Source: Verrucomicrobiota bacterium (lineage in GTDB: Bacteria > Verrucomicrobiota > Verrucomicrobiia > Verrucomicrobiales > DEV007). From it: a DNA stretch of 46,116 nucleotides. The stretch is taken from the NCBI GenBank assembly GCA_045046875.1, contig JASFYY010000116.1:1-46116 (forward strand), read 5' to 3'. Below, piece after piece: positions 26,320 through 37,100 of the stretch. The notes beneath the pieces are model-generated. The model was not told the origin of the DNA. It did not search any database and worked only from the letters and a program-made list of their open reading frames with translations. The position numbers and the translations under genes were made by a program. The number at the start of each line of letters is the position of its first letter. Within the stretch, counting starts at the first letter, position 1.

Positions 26320-28137
26320 TTACTGTGATCCCTCCTCCGAAGGAAGCCATTTTGAAAAATCCCAATCTGGCAGATGCGAAACTTTGCCTTTATAACCTGG
26401 AGCCATCTGCACTCCCCAGTTTTCAAAAAAAGGATGTAGATTTTTTCCTGCGGCATTCGAACATAAAACCATGAAATATCCAGCCCGCTGCCTTTCAATG
26501 GCGAGCTTCTTCGCCCCTGTTACCTTCCCTGCGCCGCCAGGCCACTGATCCATCGGAATCGCCCGATAGTGTCGGAACACTTTCTTGAACAATCCCCAGC
26601 CAAACTCTTTCTCCAGAATCATGTAAAAGGCATTCAGATCCCTGTTGCGGTAAGGGTTTTGTTCCCAGTTTCGCTTCTTCAGAGAACGGCCAAGGTATCT
26701 CCGGATCTTGGCGTTCAGGGCTACAGCGGTGTGCTCCGGATGCATCGGTATCAAATCCTCTCCGTACTTGGCTCGGAGCATTTCCAGAGAATAGCGTGCC
26801 ATGATATTCACCGTGAGCTCGGTTCCATTCTGATAAGTCCAGGCCCATTTTTGATGCTGATGCCCAATTTCATGCGATATGCCGCCACCCGTAGGGCTAC
26901 TGGCATAAAAATATTTCAACCAGCCTTCGTTGAGGATAAGCGGCTGGCCGGCATAGGCTCCGCCCACTGCCACATCCGGCTCGACGACAATCCGATAAGC
27001 GTGAGGCGGTGGAACCGGTCTGCCTGTTAACTCTCCTTGAAAATCACACATATCGCTGTACACCGCGATGGCCAAATCGATATCCGAATGTTTACGCAAA
27101 TCTTCGCTGGACAGGGTGATGATCATTCTCTCGTTTCCAATTTCCGCCGTAGGGGCTGGATAAGAAAGAATCTCCTTCAGCTGACTGGGCTTGTGTCTAT
27201 CTGTCAGATATAGGGGAGCTTGTACCACGCCTTCCATGGTAACAGGAATAATATGATCCTCAAAGGGTGCCGCTTCATCAGTCAAATAGGTCCCATCGCT
27301 GTTAACATATTCGTTATAATAGACATCAAGGTTTTTGGAAGGTTTAGGCAGCAGATAAATAATCCCGCCATAGGCACTGGCGACCTGGGTCTTCGTTGCA
27401 CTGATCTTATATTTCCTGATAAGGTTAGGAGCGCGGAGAATTGTCTTAAACTTCGCTACCGGAGTGCCCTGCTTCAGGTGCCCGATTTGAATAACGTAAT
27501 GCTTGGCGACCAGTTCTTCTGGAACCGTCACGGTGACTATCTTTCCTGCCGGGGCAAACAGGCCCGTGCTGATGATATCTTGGTATGAGCCGAGATTCAG
27601 GTTCAAGGTCCTCGTGACGGTCTTCACCCCTGCAGCTATGATTCCCGGATAACCATCGGCGGCAGGGCGCTTCGCTAACTGGGAGACCGGTAATGAGGCA
27701 TCTACACGGCAGTCATACATCAAGCGCATGGTAACCAAAGGGTCTTCCAGAACCTGAAGAGGATGGTCACGTCCAACCACCACCTGAGGCGCGTTTCGTA
27801 TCCGATCAGGAACCTTTAGTTCCAGCTTGGCATCATGAATAACTTCCGGCTGCGGCAACCACTTCGATTCTTTGACATAACCCGAGTTCTCCCAAAGCAG
27901 TTTATCAAAAGCATAGATACAGCGCCTCACGGTTAATTCATCCGCGTTCCCGGCAGCGACTTTTTTAAAAAGGTCTGCAAAATCCTCCTTTGTAACCTTC
28001 CCCCGCACCTGGAGCCATTGTTGATCAGGAATCCGCCTTGTTATTGGAGATCCGATCAATAATGCCGGAAAAAGCACCGCAAAGATTGTCACGACTAATT
28101 TTATTACTGCTGGCATTCCAAGGACATCATATATCAA
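26320..28137 (-). CDS. M60-like (enhancin/TCAF-type) zinc metallopeptidase
   Basis: STGLFAPAG, YGGIIY, gluzincin motif HEIGH...TELTVN, EFGWGLF and NLHPFFENWG. The start may be ATG 28116. Confidence 0.88.
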   Translation of the reverse strand: MIYDVLGMPAVIKLVVTIFAVLFPALLIGSPITRRIPDQQWLQVRGKVTKEDFADLFKKVAAGNADELTVRRCIYAFDKLLWENSGYVKESKWLPQPEVIHDAKLELKVPDRIRNAPQVVVGRDHPLQVLEDPLVTMRLMYDCRVDASLPVSQLAKRPAADGYPGIIAAGVKTVTRTLNLNLGSYQDIISTGLFAPAGKIVTVTVPEELVAKHYVIQIGHLKQGTPVAKFKTILRAPNLIRKYKISATKTQVASAYGGIIYLLPKPSKNLDVYYNEYVNSDGTYLTDEAAPFEDHIIPVTMEGVVQAPLYLTDRHKPSQLKEILSYPAPTAEIGNERMIITLSSEDLRKHSDIDLAIAVYSDMCDFQGELTGRPVPPPHAYRIVVEPDVAVGGAYAGQPLILNEGWLKYFYASSPTGGGISHEIGHQHQKWAWTYQNGTELTVNIMARYSLEMLRAKYGEDLIPMHPEHTAVALNAKIRRYLGRSLKKRNWEQNPYRNRDLNAFYMILEKEFGWGLFKKVFRHYRAIPMDQWPGGAGKVTGAKKLAIERQRAGYFMVLCSNAAGKNLHPFFENWGVQMAPGYKGKVSHLPDWDFSKWLPSEEGSQ

Positions 28138-28209
28138 TTTGAAACTTTATGGCAACTAATCGCACAGCGATGTGATTCCCGTATCAAATTGCGAGGCAAT
28201 AAACGACCA

Positions 28210-28269
28210 ACTACTAGAAATTTGCTTTTTCACCATCCCTGCCCTTCCGTTATCCGACCGGGCTTGGAG
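28210..28269. repeat. 60-bp dispersed repeat, copy 2
   Basis: 49/60 identical to 16771-16830. Confidence 0.9.
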
Positions 28270-28319
28270 TAAATTAAACTTCTATTTCCCCTGATCCACA
28301 CGCTACCTCATATTAAATA

Positions 28320-29708
28320 ATGCTTAGCGATAAAAATTCAAAACCTACTGCCATCACCCGCCGCAAGATTTTACATCAAACCGGGCTTGGAATTGGCGCT
28401 GCGGCACTCACTCCCCTGCATCGCTCACTTGCCGCAGTTAGCAATGAAAAGCGCAGGGCGGCTACACTGGAAGGTGCTTACAAAATTCTAGGCTTCAATC
28501 CTCACGCCGGTGACAGCTTCACCTCACTCTGGATGGCCGATATTCACTACGGCATTGGGAAAGCGGAAGATATTTTACCACCGATGATCGCGGAAATTGC
28601 ACCGATGAATCCCCGCCCATCATTCATTGGTATTGTAGGCGATCTCATCGTCAGCGCATCACACAGCTTTGGCGTGATCCCCAACGATGCCGACCGCAAG
28701 AAGACGGAGGAAGAGTATCGCATGATGAAACCCCATTACGACGAACTCACTAAACTCGCTCCGGTGAAACTCACTCTCGGCAATCACGACACTTATCCAG
28801 GCGAAAAGGATCTCGGATTGTTTCGCAATGTATACGGGAACACACCCGTCACCCATGCCTTCAAAATAAAAGGCGTGCCGTTTATCATCGCCAATGGAGG
28901 AAGCTGTGGTCTGCTCGGCGACCAACAGCAGAATTGGTTCAACCAGCAAGTGAAAAAACTACATCGACCTGACGGCACACTGGTGGCCGCAATTCATCAG
29001 CCTTCTGTCGGAAAAATCGTCAGGGAACGTGGCATCACCACGGCAGTAAGGGAGGCGTTTGCAGAAACCCAGGGTGACCTCTGGGTCATCGGCGGACATG
29101 TACATAGCAATGGCGACCAGCGCTTCAGGATTCCCAATGGCGACACTTTGACCAATGCGTCGATCACTGCCGCAAACCCCGCGGTCTGGGGGAGAGAACA
29201 ACCCGGTTACTGGATCTGGTGTTTCAATTCAGGACAGCTCGTAGGACGCATTTTTCGTCGTGTGGGTGATGACGCAGGTTATACCGTCTCACCCCCGGAA
29301 ACGGCAACCCCTCAAAAAGCACCGGCACTGTTGCTTCCTTTTGAAAATCGCGAGGATATTCTATGGAAAGTGATGGTGGGTGAAGGCGACGAGAAATTCC
29401 GCCTGACGACCAAGGCCGCCTGGTGCCTGAATTACTGGGCCTACACAAAACAACTCGAATACCGATTCCCCCTTTCGCTGGCTAAAAACAAAGCCCGGCG
29501 ATGTGTGGTGCTGATGGATAGCATGGCTGGCAAAAACAAAAACATGAATCTTTTTGTTTCGGCGGATGGTGACAATTGGCGTGAGACTCAACCCGTCACC
29601 GATGGCTCTTATCACACCATTGACATACCCGATGACTGTGTCACAAGTGGCACGATCGCATTACGTATGGAAAACAGCGCGGTGAGCGGATTCGCCCTAC
29701 TGGAATGA
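28320..29708 (+). CDS. Tat-exported calcineurin-like metallophosphoesterase with a C-terminal beta domain
   Basis: TRRKIL twin-arginine signal; DIH, GDL, GNHD, HQP and GHVH motifs. Confidence 0.88.
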   Translation: MLSDKNSKPTAITRRKILHQTGLGIGAAALTPLHRSLAAVSNEKRRAATLEGAYKILGFNPHAGDSFTSLWMADIHYGIGKAEDILPPMIAEIAPMNPRPSFIGIVGDLIVSASHSFGVIPNDADRKKTEEEYRMMKPHYDELTKLAPVKLTLGNHDTYPGEKDLGLFRNVYGNTPVTHAFKIKGVPFIIANGGSCGLLGDQQQNWFNQQVKKLHRPDGTLVAAIHQPSVGKIVRERGITTAVREAFAETQGDLWVIGGHVHSNGDQRFRIPNGDTLTNASITAANPAVWGREQPGYWIWCFNSGQLVGRIFRRVGDDAGYTVSPPETATPQKAPALLLPFENREDILWKVMVGEGDEKFRLTTKAAWCLNYWAYTKQLEYRFPLSLAKNKARRCVVLMDSMAGKNKNMNLFVSADGDNWRETQPVTDGSYHTIDIPDDCVTSGTIALRMENSAVSGFALLE

Positions 29709-29882
29709 GCTCTCCTGAGCCCTAGATACCACAATCACCACAATCTGCCGCTGAACCCGCTCCGCCGCTGCAAGCAAGTGGAGCTGGCACTTTTTTGTTC
29801 GCATACATAGATCTGGTCTGCCACAAAATCAGCTGATCATACAGCTCTTCTCTTAAACAATCTCAGCCCCCGGATCCGCGAT

Positions 29883-31460
29883 CTATTTTGGCACCGTCCC
29901 AGTGTATCGGCCTTGCACAGGAAGACCTGGATGCACATCCGAAACGAGTTTCTGATCTTTTACCACCAATGTTCCATTCACCAGAACATGGTGCATGCCG
30001 GTGGAAAACTCGAGCCCACTCTCAAACGTTGCGCGGTCGGCTACGGTCTCAGGATCGAACACCACGATATCGGCATCCGCTCCCACTTGCAGTCGCCCCT
30101 TTTTCCTCATCGCCGGCGCCATAGCTACCAGACGATCGGCAGGCATCAAACTCATTTTACCCAGAGCTTTTATGAGAGGGAGCGTCTTGCGTTCGCGGAC
30201 ATAACGCGCCAGCACCCGGCAAAAAGTGCCCGCTGATCGAGGGTGCGCCCCCTGCGCATAGGGCATCGCATCAGAAGCCACCATCACAAATGGTGTCCGC
30301 ATGGCGAGTTCGATCATCTCTTCTTTCATCATATGCAGGATCACCACTCCACCCTGTTTCCGGTAGCGATCAAAAGTTTTTTTTGTCAATCGTTCGCCGC
30401 TGTCCTGCCACTGCACATCTCCGTATGAAATCCCCAGTGTCTCCTGCCAGCCTTCGTCAAAAATGGTCGATTCAATATGTGTCGACGCCGCCGTGTATGG
30501 ATAAGCTTCGGCCGTGAGATCGAGCCCTCTTTCCCGGGCCCCGGCAATCAATTCCAGCACTTCAGGCAATTGCCCCAGGCTCATGCTGTTAACGTGAACA
30601 ATATGCAAAGGCGCACCCGTCGATGCGGCATCGGCGATCACTTCCTGCATCGCACCGATATCCATCTCGCGAACGTGAGTGAAAATAGGCACGTCTTTTT
30701 TGCCTGCAAATTGGAATACCCGATAGACCTCCAGACGACTGGCTCCAGGGTAATACTGGTGAGCCATGCCGATGCCAATCCCGCCTTCCCTGAGACCGCG
30801 TTCGAACATTTTAAACAGATTTCCATAAGCCTCTTGCGGCAATTTTAACGCATTGCGCTTTTCCAAGCCCGGCAGCAAATGAGAGGCATTCAAGGGCTCG
30901 GGAGCACGCATCGCCTGGGCCAATTCGACCTCATTAGGAAGTCGGCCCACCCCTTCCTCATTCGGCATGGCAAGCCCACGTAGTACCATGTGAGAAACCG
31001 ACGCGCCAAAGTTGATGCGTGCCTTTCCGCTACGGGATTCCAGAAATTCTTTCACCCGCGGATAACCCAATTCAAGATCGAGCGCCGTGGTCACCCCATC
31101 CATTGCGCGATATTCAAAAGCCTTGGCGCTCATACCGTGAGCATGCAGGTCAATGAAACCGGGCGCGACCACGAGCCCTTTTGCATCAATCCTTACACCG
31201 CCTTTTTTGACCCGCTCTGCCAATGGTTTTTCCGAGATCGCTACGATCCGGCCATCCCGAATTCCCACATCGCGCAGCGCATCAAGACTCGTTTCCGGAT
31301 CAATGACCCGCCCGCCAATCAGAACCGTATCAAAAGAGTCACCATCTGCAGCTGTCGCCTCAAACGGTGTGGCGCAAATCCACAGACTCGCGCTAATAAT
31401 TGTCGCGCTTACAAAGCGTAGGAAAAACGAGTTCATATCTTTCAAACCGTGCGCAAACAT
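29883..31460 (-). CDS. Amidohydrolase, N-acyl-D-amino-acid deacylase-like
   Basis: [22 protein letters not shown] and [17 protein letters not shown]; signal peptide. The start may be 31436. Confidence 0.9.
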   Translation of the reverse strand: MFAHGLKDMNSFFLRFVSATIISASLWICATPFEATAADGDSFDTVLIGGRVIDPETSLDALRDVGIRDGRIVAISEKPLAERVKKGGVRIDAKGLVVAPGFIDLHAHGMSAKAFEYRAMDGVTTALDLELGYPRVKEFLESRSGKARINFGASVSHMVLRGLAMPNEEGVGRLPNEVELAQAMRAPEPLNASHLLPGLEKRNALKLPQEAYGNLFKMFERGLREGGIGIGMAHQYYPGASRLEVYRVFQFAGKKDVPIFTHVREMDIGAMQEVIADAASTGAPLHIVHVNSMSLGQLPEVLELIAGARERGLDLTAEAYPYTAASTHIESTIFDEGWQETLGISYGDVQWQDSGERLTKKTFDRYRKQGGVVILHMMKEEMIELAMRTPFVMVASDAMPYAQGAHPRSAGTFCRVLARYVRERKTLPLIKALGKMSLMPADRLVAMAPAMRKKGRLQVGADADIVVFDPETVADRATFESGLEFSTGMHHVLVNGTLVVKDQKLVSDVHPGLPVQGRYTGTVPK

Positions 31461-32849
31461 TCAAATCAGTTCCTTAATCGGCTTAGCATTTCCGTCCACC
31501 AAAGGCACCGGACGACCTTGCATATCCTCAACCGTATTGGTGGCAACATTGATCCCCAAATTATGATAGAGCGTCGCAAACACCTCGGGAAAGGTAACCG
31601 GCCGATCCACCGCTTCGCCACCGAGACGATCCGTAGCCCCGATGACCTGACCCGTGTTCATCCCCCCGCCAGCCATCAAGGCCATCGCAACACGAGGCCA
31701 GTGATCGCGACCTACCTTATCACTGATCTTCGGCGTGCGTCCAAATTCTCCCCACACCAGAACCGTGGTATCCTTGTCCATGCCTCGATCATGAAGATCA
31801 TCGACGAGCGCCGTGATCGCTTTGTCAAAGATCGGAAAGTCCTCGTTCTCTCGTTTGAAAATTTCATTGCCCTTACCCCCATGCCAGTCCCACTTGCTGT
31901 AATTGACCGTCACCACTCGCGCGCCGGCTTCAACCAATCGTCGTGCAGCAAGAAAACTTTGCGGCACACGCGGAGCACCGTTTCCATCAATGCGCTTCAC
32001 TTCATCCCCGGTGCCGTAACGCTCGAGAACTTTCGGATCTTCTTTCGATAAATCCAGAGCATCGCCAAGCTTGGAAGAGGTTAAAATCCCCATCGCCTGT
32101 TTACTGAAGGTGTCGAGCCCTTCCATCTCACCTCGAGCATCCGTATCACGACGGAAATGGTCGATGCTTTTCAACAATTTTGTGCGGTCAGCCAGGCGAT
32201 CGAGCGTGACTCCCTGCAGAGACATATCCAAACGAGTTGGACCCATCGGGCGAAACGACGCCTCTTTTGCACCGAGCATACCTGGACCAGGTTCATTGTA
32301 AGGCCCATGAGTGCAATCGTAACACATGCTCACAAAAGGCGGCGCCTGTTTGTGAACCGGCCCCTGAAGCGCACCCACAACACTGCCGAATGGCGCAAAT
32401 CCTCCGGAAGGTTTCGGGGTGTCCTGAGGTTTGTAACCCGTATAACATTGAAAAGCATCGTGTCCCGCCTGTGCTCCAACGAGGGATCGAATGATGGCAA
32501 ATTTATCCATCCGCCTGGCCATCATCGGGAACTGCTCGCAAATTTCTATGCCGGGGACATTGGTGCCGATCGGACGATGCGGCCCCGCATACTCAGAAGG
32601 CGCATCCGGTTTCAAGTCAAACATGTCCTGGTGCGGCGGCCCCCCAACGAGGTAAATCAATATCACCGACTTGTGAGACTTGCCGATGCCCGCCTGCGCT
32701 TCGAGTGAGAGCAGGTTCGGCAACGTTAACCCGAGCCCTGAAGCAAGCGTGCCAAGACCACCCACTTGTAAAAAATTACGCCGACTGATCCCGTCACAGA
32801 ACTGTGACGACCGTTTACGGGATCCTCTGGGGGCGAAAATCTTAAGCAT
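31461..32849 (-). CDS. DUF1501 domain protein
   Basis: SRRNFLQVG, GGPPHQDMFDLKP, ARRLVEAG, WDWH, WGEFGRTP, GRDHWP and GQVIGATD. Confidence 0.95.
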   Translation of the reverse strand: MLKIFAPRGSRKRSSQFCDGISRRNFLQVGGLGTLASGLGLTLPNLLSLEAQAGIGKSHKSVILIYLVGGPPHQDMFDLKPDAPSEYAGPHRPIGTNVPGIEICEQFPMMARRMDKFAIIRSLVGAQAGHDAFQCYTGYKPQDTPKPSGGFAPFGSVVGALQGPVHKQAPPFVSMCYDCTHGPYNEPGPGMLGAKEASFRPMGPTRLDMSLQGVTLDRLADRTKLLKSIDHFRRDTDARGEMEGLDTFSKQAMGILTSSKLGDALDLSKEDPKVLERYGTGDEVKRIDGNGAPRVPQSFLAARRLVEAGARVVTVNYSKWDWHGGKGNEIFKRENEDFPIFDKAITALVDDLHDRGMDKDTTVLVWGEFGRTPKISDKVGRDHWPRVAMALMAGGGMNTGQVIGATDRLGGEAVDRPVTFPEVFATLYHNLGINVATNTVEDMQGRPVPLVDGNAKPIKELI

Positions 32850-33180
32850 TAGCAAAATTTGGCTTAAATCGGAAAAAATGTCAATCTTACGAAAGACTGA
32901 CTCGGGGAAATTTCAACATCGCCATGATTTGACCTCCTTGCATTCGCTCTGTTCAAACAATAAGAAAGCTCTGCTTTCACCCTCCGGCAGGAGACAGCTA
33001 TTTATACCTTTCCACAACCAGCAGAGCTCAAGCTGCTTAGCTATCAAACAAGGTAGCTCCTTCTTGAAATGCTATCCGATAAGCCCGAAACGTCGCAATC
33101 CAAAAAAACAAGTTACATAGAATCGGAAAACTCAATCATCCTACTTGGGGCGCAACAATTAATAGACACTTCACCTCGGC

Positions 33181-33945
33181 TCACCCTTCAGGAAGTGGGA
33201 TCACCCGCATGAAGGCCTGTTGTTTGACAGCTCGTTTCTGGTCCGTCGCGTTGAGCTGATCGAGGGGGAAAAGGAATTCCTTATTATTACGCAGGAATCG
33301 GCATTTGCCATGGGCGACTTCAACCAGCTCAGCCAGCATTTTGCGCCCTTTAGTGTCCGACCATTCCGAAGGTTGGGCCCAGGTTGGTTTTGCGATACTG
33401 AGGATTTTGAGATCCTTCTTACCAAAGCCGATATCGTATTTGAAGGTGCCACCAAGGTCGTAGGCGTAGGTACTGACCGGGTCACCTTCTTCGAGAGCTC
33501 CGGCGAGATCCTTGATAAGAACCAAGCCGGAGGCAATTTCCGCCCCTCGTTTGTGATCCGGAGCCTCTTTCTTGGCATCTTCCTTCTCATCCTTTACCAG
33601 ACCCGTGTTGACCACCACGCCGTCTTTTCCCGCTTGGAATACCTCGCCTTGGACCCAGTAGGCTTTGAGCCGTATGTTGTAAAGCGCGTCCTGAAAGCTG
33701 TTACGAATCGTGCCTACTTGAAATTTAGACAAGTCAGCCCAAGGGACGAGCTTGAGACCCTCTGATGTTTTGATATAGGCTCCTTTGGCGCCGAGATCGA
33801 CCATGGAAGCATTGGCATACACACGATCTTTTTTTGCAGTGGATTTGTTGGATTGGGCAAAAGCCGGGGTCAGCCAAAATGGAGCGCCAATCAATACGGC
33901 AGCCAGAAAACAGGCGTGGGGGCATAAAAAAGTGATTCGAAACAT
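33181..33945 (-). CDS. Exported hypothetical protein with a C-terminal SHD1-like domain
   Basis: Signal peptide; WSDTKGRKMLAELV...FPLDQLNATDQ fits the SHD1-like pattern. Confidence 0.7.
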   Translation of the reverse strand: MFRITFLCPHACFLAAVLIGAPFWLTPAFAQSNKSTAKKDRVYANASMVDLGAKGAYIKTSEGLKLVPWADLSKFQVGTIRNSFQDALYNIRLKAYWVQGEVFQAGKDGVVVNTGLVKDEKEDAKKEAPDHKRGAEIASGLVLIKDLAGALEEGDPVSTYAYDLGGTFKYDIGFGKKDLKILSIAKPTWAQPSEWSDTKGRKMLAELVEVAHGKCRFLRNNKEFLFPLDQLNATDQKRAVKQQAFMRVIPLPEG

Positions 33946-34083
33946 AATGAGAATATAGGACCCAGAAAGAGAGCGTCAAGGGAGTCAATCTTTGCCCTTG
34001 TCACACTGTTTTGATTTGATAGCAAATCTCTCCGCAATTCCGACAATCCAACTGTTGAAATGCTATAAGAGCGATCTGAATCA

Positions 34084-34096
34084 TTGGACACTACGG
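34084..34096. mobile_element. Isolated IS-type terminal sequence TTGGACACTACGG
   Basis: Exact 13-bp match to 141-153. A similar subterminal motif (AACTnTTGA...TAAGA) lies upstream of both copies. Confidence 0.55.
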
Positions 34097-34180
34097 ACCT
34101 GCTCTCTGAGACTATACTTGATATTGATTCTCCAACGGAAAGCGGGGCATTTGATTGATTATCGACCCAGTCGCCCAATT

Positions 34181-37100
34181 TCAGAACCGCCACTCTAGTC
34201 CGGTCGATACGCTGTGGCTGAGGTAGTCCTGGCGAGCGAAGTTAGTATTATAGTAAAGGTAGGCACTCCAGTCTCGACTGAATCTGGCGCTGACTCCTGC
34301 GCCGGCCTGAATGCCGTCTTGACCGAGGGCCTCAGTTTCGTAATCGAAGGACGATCCCTTGCCACCATCTAGGGTGGTTCCGATCTCGCGGGAGTCCTGC
34401 AAAAATTCATGTTGCCAGAAAACTCGAAGTTCAGGAATGACAACCAAGTTAGGTCCGAGATCCCAGGCGTAGGCGATGCGCCCCCCTATGTTCGTGCGGA
34501 TACTGTTGACTTCCTGACGGTCGAGCCGCAAGTCGAGGCTCTCGGCTCCGTTCTCGGAGAAAGACGAAATGCCTGCGTAGGTGTACTGTGAGCCGGCTAG
34601 GACACCAATGGTGAAGCCGCCTGCTCTCCAGTCGTAACCAAGATCCTGATAGGCGTTGAACTGTCCGCCGTCGGGAGAGCTGCGAGCGGTTCGATCCACG
34701 GTCGAGAAGGCGATTGAGCGACGCATCCGGTAGTCGTTGTGGCCACCACCAAGGATGGTTTCGGCATAAAAACCGCCGTTTTCGTAGATTGCGTAGGCGC
34801 CAAAGAGAGCACTAGAGATCCTGCTGTTGCTGTCGCCGGCATTGTCGATCCATGTGTAGTCGTAGCCGATATAAGCACCCACGGTCAGCTTCTGATCCTG
34901 GGCTCCGGAACCTGCATCAACGGATTCACCAAAGGTGTGGTCGGCACCGATCAGAACCCCGCCGGTCTGAAAATTGAGGCTCGGCATTTGGCTGGTATTG
35001 GAGAGCTTGGCGAAGATGCCGCTGGCTTGCACCCACGTCGACCATCTAGGAGCATGGGCTGCGGAAATGGGGCCGGATTCTTTGCCGCCCATTACATCTT
35101 TACCGCTTCTGTCGTAGCGCAATGGGCTCGCCTCGATGCCAATGGCACTAAATCCGCGGGATCCGAGACGGATGGCGCTCATTCTCTGGACCAGCATTTG
35201 GTTATGAGCCACTGCCTGCTCAACGATGATGTCGGTCAGATTCTCGTAGAAAGCCGGGGTGATCGCATCAAAGGCCGCCGCATATTGCCCTTCGCTTTGG
35301 ATGTCGAGGGCGATGCTGACCGTTTCGCGGTCATTGCCGCGTTCGGAAATGTAGCTGTCCAGAGCTCTCGCCACGCTGCGTTGATTCGCTGTTTCTGCCA
35401 CCAGTGTGTAGCTCGTTGGGGCGACGAGGAGGGTGCCGGTGCCACCTTCGGCGAGGAATCGACCTCGAAATCGATCAGGATCCGGCATGAGAATGCGGTC
35501 GAAGTCACCGCTGATACTGCCAGCTTGAAGGAAATCAAGTTGCTGTCCGTAATCCAATTGATTGCCTGCGAAGTTGATCGCTTGAAGGGTCCCCGCGAGG
35601 GCTGCGTTGTCTCTGACGACAAGGCGATCGAATACCGATGGGCTGGCGACTTCGATTTGGAGAGTGCCACTGGAACTCTGGGTGAAGTTGCCATTGATAG
35701 TCAGGGTGCCCGGGCTGTTGCCGGGGTTGACGGTGCCGTTGTTGACCACGTTGCCATTGATGATTCCGCTGCCGCCAAGGAGAGCGTTTTGAAAGACGGT
35801 CAATCCACCACCGGTGGTGAAGGTGCCATTGACGTAAAGCGATCCGGCTTTGACCCTGGCGGCACCTGCCACGCTGACGGTATCGTTGAGAATGAGCTTG
35901 CCCGCTCCGTCTTTGTTGAAGTCGCCGGGAACAACAACTCTACCTCCGCTGATCGTTCCGGTTCCGGCATTGACCGTGAAGCGGCCGCTGGTCACGGTCA
36001 GGGTGTTGAAAACCCGCAGCGAGCTGGACGGATTGAAAATCAAACCATTGATGATATTGTTTTCCGTTGGGGTACCCGTAGTGACCGCACCATTTACGAT
36101 GAAGTCGGAAAAAGTCGGGATACCAACTGGCGCGCTGTTTTGCAAAATGGCACCGGCAAAGAATGGCGTGCCAAGAAAATTAACAAAAAGGTCGTTTCCC
36201 GTAATGGAGAAGATGGGATCCAATCCTAAAAGAGCATTACCAAAGAAGTCCGCTGCCGGATCAAAAACCCCCAGGTTGTCGGCATTGAAAATTTTGTAAA
36301 AGGTATTGTTGCTAAATCCAGCCACCTTCGTGAAATCAAACTCACCCGGTGCACCGAGGCTCAGCGAGCCTGTGGCATCGATGAAATCCGTTGTCGTGCC
36401 GATATCAGTTGCGATCGTTCCACCGTTCCAAGTAAAGGCACCGGTGTTGAGCGTGCCGACGGGGTCGAGGGTGCCTGCATTATGGACAACAGATCCGTTA
36501 CCCAAAGCGGTCAGACTGGTTGTGCGCAACGTGCCCGAGTTAATGGTCGTGCCTCCTGAGTAGGCATTGTTAGCGCTGAGGATAAGTGTGCTAGCGCCGG
36601 TCTTGGTGAGGCTACCCACACCGCCAATCACTCCACTGTGAATGAGGTTCGCTCCGGACTGAAAGATACCGCCTGCGGCGTTGAGGGTTGTGGCGCGCGC
36701 GGTGGAAAAAGCCGCGGTGTTTTGCAGTGTGCCGCCGCCGAAGGTCAAAGCACCGGACAAGTCGCCGAGGCTGTTGTCCGCGCTCACGCTCAGAATACCT
36801 CCATTGAGCCGGGTGCCGCCAAGGTAGGTCTTGCTGCCGCTTAGAATGAGAGTGCTAGCGCCGGTCTTGGTGAGGCTGCCCGCACCGCTAATAATACCAC
36901 TGTACGTGAGGACCGCTCCGGTCTGGAATGTGCCGCCTGCGGCGTTGAGAGTCGTGGCGCGCGCGGTGGAAAAAACCGCGGTGTTTTGCAGTGTGCCGCC
37001 GCCGAAGATCAGGCTGCCGGACGAGTCACCGAGGTTGTTGTCTGCGCTCACACTCAAGATACCGCCGTTGAGTTGGGTGCCGCCAAGGTAGCTGTTGCTG

